Assembly (NCBI RefSeq): GCF_004010195.1 | Contig: NC_057759.1 | Span: forward strand, 7,955,022 to 7,978,478 | DNA length: 23,457 nt | Source: Chiloscyllium plagiosum | Taxonomy: Eukaryota | Direction: 5' to 3' | Part shown: one piece after another, positions 21,673 to 23,457 of the stretch | Numbering within the stretch: the stretch's first letter is position 1 | How the letters are laid out: the number at the start of each line of letters is the position of its first letter | Position numbers and translations under genes: made by a program | Notes under the pieces: generated by a model | The model's database searches: none | Seen by the model: the letters and a program-made list of their open reading frames with translations, nothing else | Told to the model about the DNA's origin: nothing

Positions 21673-22647
21673 TCTCTGTACTGTAAAATGTATGATTCTG
21701 AAACATTATAGACTTTCCTTCCTTGAGATTTATTATCTCAATACAAAAAAGGTATATCAAAAGTAACAGCAAGAGAATTCGGTGGAGAAACTCTGCAGCA
21801 TTTGTAGAGAGAAAGTAGCGTTAACATTTCAAATCCAGTGACTATTTTTCAGAACTGTTGTTAGCAATGTAATGTCAGTAATGACGTTTGAATAGTAAGG
21901 TGTTTCTGCATTTGGTCCTGCCCTTCATAACAAAGGTACTTTGCTCTTTTCGTTTAAGCCTGAAGTTAAACATGGGATATTAGAGATTGTGTGATTTTCT
22001 CACATGGGTCAGCAAAATCTATTTCACATTTTCCATGCTCAAAATAGTCAAAAGAATTCTCAGTACTGTACTTGAAATTTCAATGCAATTCAACTCCCTG
22101 CAGTTTTTTTTTAAAAGAAGTGTCATCTTATGGTTCCAAAATGAAATAATGTTGCTCTAAACTAAAGATCAAAATAACTTGTGATAACTTTTAGCTGACA
22201 GCAAATGTTTGCATTCTCAAGTAAATATGTTAAAAGATAGTTGAGCCTGTGGTCTGAAAAGGAAGCTATATTCACAGGGAGTACATGTTCACAGGGAGCA
22301 TCAGGGCTATATTGTTGTAACCAAGTCTCTGAACATCCTTCTGTAGTTATTTTATTGTGAGCAAGAGATTATGCAATCTTATCAACATTTTTACTCACTA
22401 GCTGCCAGTGCTTTTTAAAAATTTAGGTCTTTTGTTCAACCAAACTATATTTTGACATTCCACTTCTTGAAAATTAGCCCTTGTTGAGCATTGTTTTCCA
22501 CCTTGAAAGAATCTCTTCTATTTTCTAAGCGGCTTGCATTGCTGGTGTTTTGCATATTCATTTTCAGGAATATTTTGATGCCTGTGATGCAGTGCTCCAT
22601 CTCCCTTGAGTGCAGGTAGAAGATACCCGATATCTCAATAAATAATG

Positions 22648-22812
22648 ATTTGGAGATGCCGGTGTTGGACTGGGGTGTACAAAGTTAAAAATCACACAGC
22701 ACCAGGTTATAGTCCAACAGGTTTAATTGGAAGCACACTAGCTTTCGGAGCGTCGCTTCTTTGACAGGTGGTTGTGGAGGACACAATTGTAAGGCACAGA
22801 ATTTATACCAAA
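22648..22812 (-). mobile_element. Penelope-like pseudo-LTR fragment of a second family, with a degenerate hammerhead
   Basis: The reverse complement of 22736-22770 is cac-ctgtcaa-a-gaagc-gac-gctcc-gaaa-gc-ta-gtg. Confidence 0.55.
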
Positions 22813-22814
22813 AC

Positions 22815-23457
22815 TAACTCTGCAGGGGCATGGGAACCCAGACTGTAGCTTTAGGGTGCAGGACCTGGAATGTAGGGAGGTTAGGAACATGCATCAATTT
22901 TCAAAGGAGGGTGCCTGTAAACAGGAAAGTGGTTTGAAGTGTGTATACTTCAATGCAAGAAGTATACGAAATAAGGTAGGTGAACTTGCAGCGTGGGTTG
23001 GTACCTGGGACTTCGATGTTGTGGCTATTACGGAGACATGGCTAGAACAGGGACAGGATTGGCTGGTGCAGGTTCCAGGATTTAAATGTTTGAGTGGGGA
23101 GGGGGGGGGGGGTAAAAGAGGGGGAGGTGTGGCATTGCTTGTCAAAGATAGTATTACAGCGGTGGAAAGGACGATGGATGAGGACTTGCCATCCGAGGTA
23201 GTTTGGGCTGAGGTTAGGAATAGGAAAGGAGAAGTCACCGTGCTGGGAATTTTCTATTGGTCTCCGAATAATCCCAGAGGAAAGGATAGCAAACATGGCT
23301 CTCGATAGGAGTGAGACAGGCTGGGTAGTTGTCATGGGGGACCTCACCTATCCAAATATTGACTTGGATCATTACAGTACGAGTAATATAGATGGGTCAG
23401 TTTTTGTCCAGTGCGTGCAGGAGGGATTCCTGACACAGTATGTAGACAGGCCTACAA
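22815..23457 (+). mobile_element. CR1 LINE ORF2 N-terminal APE endonuclease region (a different subfamily), running off the window end
   Basis: LKCVYFNARSIRNK...DVVAITETWL...KRGGGVALLVKD, then GDLTYPNID after a frameshift near 23280. Confidence 0.9.

Noticed and set aside
22568..22615. Possible next HERC1 exon after ttttcag
   Set aside because: The required phase gives R-I-F-stop and does not continue the expected KIFQCFLSAREV peptide. The next exon is probably beyond the window.

Overview
Eukaryotic, repeat-rich intronic DNA, not prokaryotic. The SINE/LINE content points to a cartilaginous fish, probably a carpet or bamboo shark (inference). Three + strand coding exons of the giant HECT E3 ligase HERC1 (6450-6564, 18269-18389, 19528-19693) splice in frame. 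The 11.7-kb intron after the first exon has a non-canonical GC donor (AG|GCAAGT). The introns contain many tRNA-derived HE1-type SINEs, decayed CR1 (HER1-like) LINEs including one near full-length copy, a degraded internally deleted Gypsy LTR element, solo LTRs, a pogo/Tigger-like MITE and Penelope-type elements carrying minimal hammerhead-ribozyme motifs. The most striking structure is an apparently perfect 365-bp-arm inverted duplication with a 4-nt spacer (18465-19198) filling most of the short intron between two HERC1 exons. Almost all ORFs in the supplied track are repeat-derived or spurious. Family and gene assignments come from recognition, not database searches, and repeat boundaries are approximate.
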